From positions 1-5,758 of IMG/VR virus record IMGVR_UViG_3300010219_000019: DNA of 5,758 bases, one strand, 5' to 3'. A program made the translations under genes and the position numbers. The stretch is from a virus. Positions 4,443 to 5,758 of the stretch are shown here, in pieces (positions within the stretch are counted from its first letter, which is position 1; each line of letters opens with the position of its first letter). Below the pieces are notes generated by a model. It saw only the letters and a list, made by a program, of their open reading frames with translations, made no database searches and was not told the DNA's origin.

Positions 4443-5758
4443 CCATGTTCAATCCGCAGGAAATGTTTTTCGCCGGTGGGCTGCTGCTGCTCTTGTGGGT
4501 CTGCTGGGGCTAGTCCTCGGCACGGCTCACGCGGGTTCGCTCACGCGCACCAATTACGGCGGCTTCGAAGTCCTCGGCTCCGGCAAGTCTTGGACCTTCG
4601 GCGACGCGAAGCCGCGACCTGGTGACATTGGCTGGGTTGATGACTACAACTACGGCGGCGGGTCGGCGAAGGCTGGCCCGTACTCCATGGGCGGCGACAG
4701 TTCCGGCCCTTATGCAAAGGCTCGCGGTACGCTGCCGATTCCAGGCTCCAACGGTCGTTCCGTTCCCGTCGATGTGACGGGGCGCATCCCCAAAAGTGGG
4801 GCGGGCAGTGCGGCGCGTGCCATTGGCACCTTCGCAGGCAAGATGCTTTATCCGGTGACTGCGGGCATGGCGATTTATGACCTGCTAAAAGACCTCGGCT
4901 ACATCGGCAAAGACATCGACGGCGACGGCCAGATTGACTGGATGAAGCCCGATCCGACGGCGGGGTGGTGCACCACGTCTCCGTGCTACGAATACAAGGC
5001 CGACGTTTTGGGACAGACGACCGGCCTCTATTACCGCACCGCGTCCGCTGCCTGCGATTCGGCCTTTGCGCTGTCGCCTCCTGCGGGTTACTCGCTGCGC
5101 AACAAGGCCTACGACCCGACCACGAACAGTAGCTATCCGTACGGGCGGTGTACCTATCAGTACAGCTACAACGGCGGCGCATGGACGTCCGCTAGTACGG
5201 TGGTTGGGGGCCGTACGCGTGCGGTCGACACTGGCACGGCCCCGGAGGTTGAGGCGTCTTTGCAGGAGCTTGAGGACAAGATTGCCAGCATGTCTGGCTG
5301 GCCTACTAAGGCGAACGCGGCGCTTGCGGATGCCATCAACAATGGTGAGTCCGTCGAGCATGCCTCCCCTACGGTCACTGGCCCATCCACCGTCGCGGGT
5401 GATACCACGACCAAACAGGAGCCCGCGCAGAAGGCGGACGGCACGCCGGGCACCAAGACGACCACGACCACGAACAACTACAACACTACCTATAACAACA
5501 ACACCGTGACGGTGACGCAGACGACGACGACGACTTCCACCACCGTCTACAGCGACGGCACCACTGAGACCAGCACGGAGACCGAAGAAAAAGAGCCTGA
5601 GTGCAAGGCCGAAGACAAGACGGTCGGTTGCGCGGAGATGGACGTTCCGGAGGGTGAGATTCCCAAGACTTCCAAGGCGCTCACGTATGCCGCGGAGGTT
5701 CTTGGCTTTGGCGGCGGTTCGTGCCCGCAGGACATTACCGTGAGCGTGCAGGGCGGAA
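4435..5758 (+). CDS. pIII-like adsorption / minor coat protein, N-terminal and central part. The ORF is open at the window end and continues at 56-189 (485 aa in total).
   Basis: It is absent from the ORF track because no stop is reached. ATG 4435 overlaps the stop of the previous gene (ATGGCTGA). The signal peptide is MADHVQSAGNVFRRWAAAALVGLLGLVLGTAHA-G. There is a Gly/Tyr-rich N-domain, a Thr/Asn-rich linker and a Cys-containing C-domain. Third-position GC is high throughout. The C-terminal region is reminiscent of TspB C-terminal-domain proteins of other inoviruses (recollection only). Confidence 0.75.
   Translation, partial: MADHVQSAGNVFRRWAAAALVGLLGLVLGTAHAGSLTRTNYGGFEVLGSGKSWTFGDAKPRPGDIGWVDDYNYGGGSAKAGPYSMGGDSSGPYAKARGTLPIPGSNGRSVPVDVTGRIPKSGAGSAARAIGTFAGKMLYPVTAGMAIYDLLKDLGYIGKDIDGDGQIDWMKPDPTAGWCTTSPCYEYKADVLGQTTGLYYRTASAACDSAFALSPPAGYSLRNKAYDPTTNSSYPYGRCTYQYSYNGGAWTSASTVVGGRTRAVDTGTAPEVEASLQELEDKIASMSGWPTKANAALADAINNGESVEHASPTVTGPSTVAGDTTTKQEPAQKADGTPGTKTTTTTNNYNTTYNNNTVTVTQTTTTTSTTVYSDGTTETSTETEEKEPECKAEDKTVGCAEMDVPEGEIPKTSKALTYAAEVLGFGGGSCPQDITVSVQGG
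5452..5583 (+). repeat. Low-complexity Thr/Asn-coding tract with short tandem repeats, including (ACG)4 at 5521-5532 and ACGACC repeats at 5458-5472
   Basis: It translates as TKTTTTTNNYNTTYNNNTVTVTQTTTTTSTTVYSDGTTETSTET, an interdomain linker of the pIII-like protein. Confidence 0.8.
5704..5758. repeat. Terminal direct repeat, exact copy of 1-55
   Basis: See feature 1-55. Confidence 0.95.

Larger units (their letters stand above)
1..5758 (+). mobile_element. Complete circular filamentous-phage (inovirus-like) genome. The unit is 5703 bp (1-5703), and 5704-5758 is redundant with 1-55.
   Basis: The full inovirus gene set is present in a compact, almost single-strand arrangement: ssDNA-binding protein, HUH Rep, a signal-peptide major coat protein of about 44 mature residues, a pIII-like gene, a pVI-like gene and a Zot/pI ATPase. 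There is an exact 55-bp terminal overlap, and an ORF runs in frame across the junction. Confidence 0.85.

Noticed and set aside
4445-4513. A 22-aa hydrophobic ORF (MFNPQEMFFAGGLLLLLWVCWG) as a pVII/pIX-like minor coat gene
   Set aside because: It lies entirely within the signal-peptide coding part of the pIII-like gene in another frame. Its hydrophobicity is expected from overprinting a Leu/Ala/Gly-rich segment. It has no SD. I cannot exclude it, and it needs proteomics to settle.
4541-5509. Track ORFs 4541-5182(-), 4885-5361(-), 5166-5477(-) and 5066-5509(+)
   Set aside because: All lie inside the pIII-like ORF, in other frames or on the other strand. Their products are Arg/Thr/Pro-rich with no features. 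The frame-1 + ORF has a signal peptide, high third-position GC and continuity across the circular junction.

Overview
The window is a complete, circularly closed genome of a small GC-rich filamentous phage (Inoviridae-like), either a replicative form or a circular assembly. Bases 1-55 are identical to 5704-5758, so the true unit length is 5703 bp. The adsorption (pIII-like) gene reads in frame across this junction. All genes but one are on the + strand. In order they are: ssDNA-binding protein (2112-2396); four small ORFs linked by stop/start overlaps (2414-3082); an HUH rolling-circle Rep with a two-tyrosine motif (3079-3996); the major coat protein (4029-4238); a small coat-like membrane protein (4257-4442); the pIII-like adsorption protein (4435-5758, continuing at 1-189); a pVI-like membrane protein (189-476); and a Zot/pI-type assembly ATPase (507-1658). 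A single divergent HTH repressor gene lies on the - strand (1627-2046), separated from the ssDNA-binding gene by a 65-nt control region that contains a 7-5-7 inverted repeat. I see no tRNA, rRNA, CRISPR array, IS element, integrase, pIV secretin or convincing dif-like attP. The points most worth following up are these. (1) A 64-aa ORF just upstream of rep carries a second exact copy of the Rep active-site peptide RYVMKYA-K, encoded by an exact 17-nt repeat. (2) Four consecutive stop/start overlaps, three with the junction GCATGA, lead into rep. (3) There is almost no intergenic DNA (longest gap 65 nt), so the replication origin and packaging signal must lie inside coding sequence. (4) A cluster of GC-rich hairpins lies in the putative 5' end of rep. 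All homology statements rest on motif recognition by eye, and no database search was possible.
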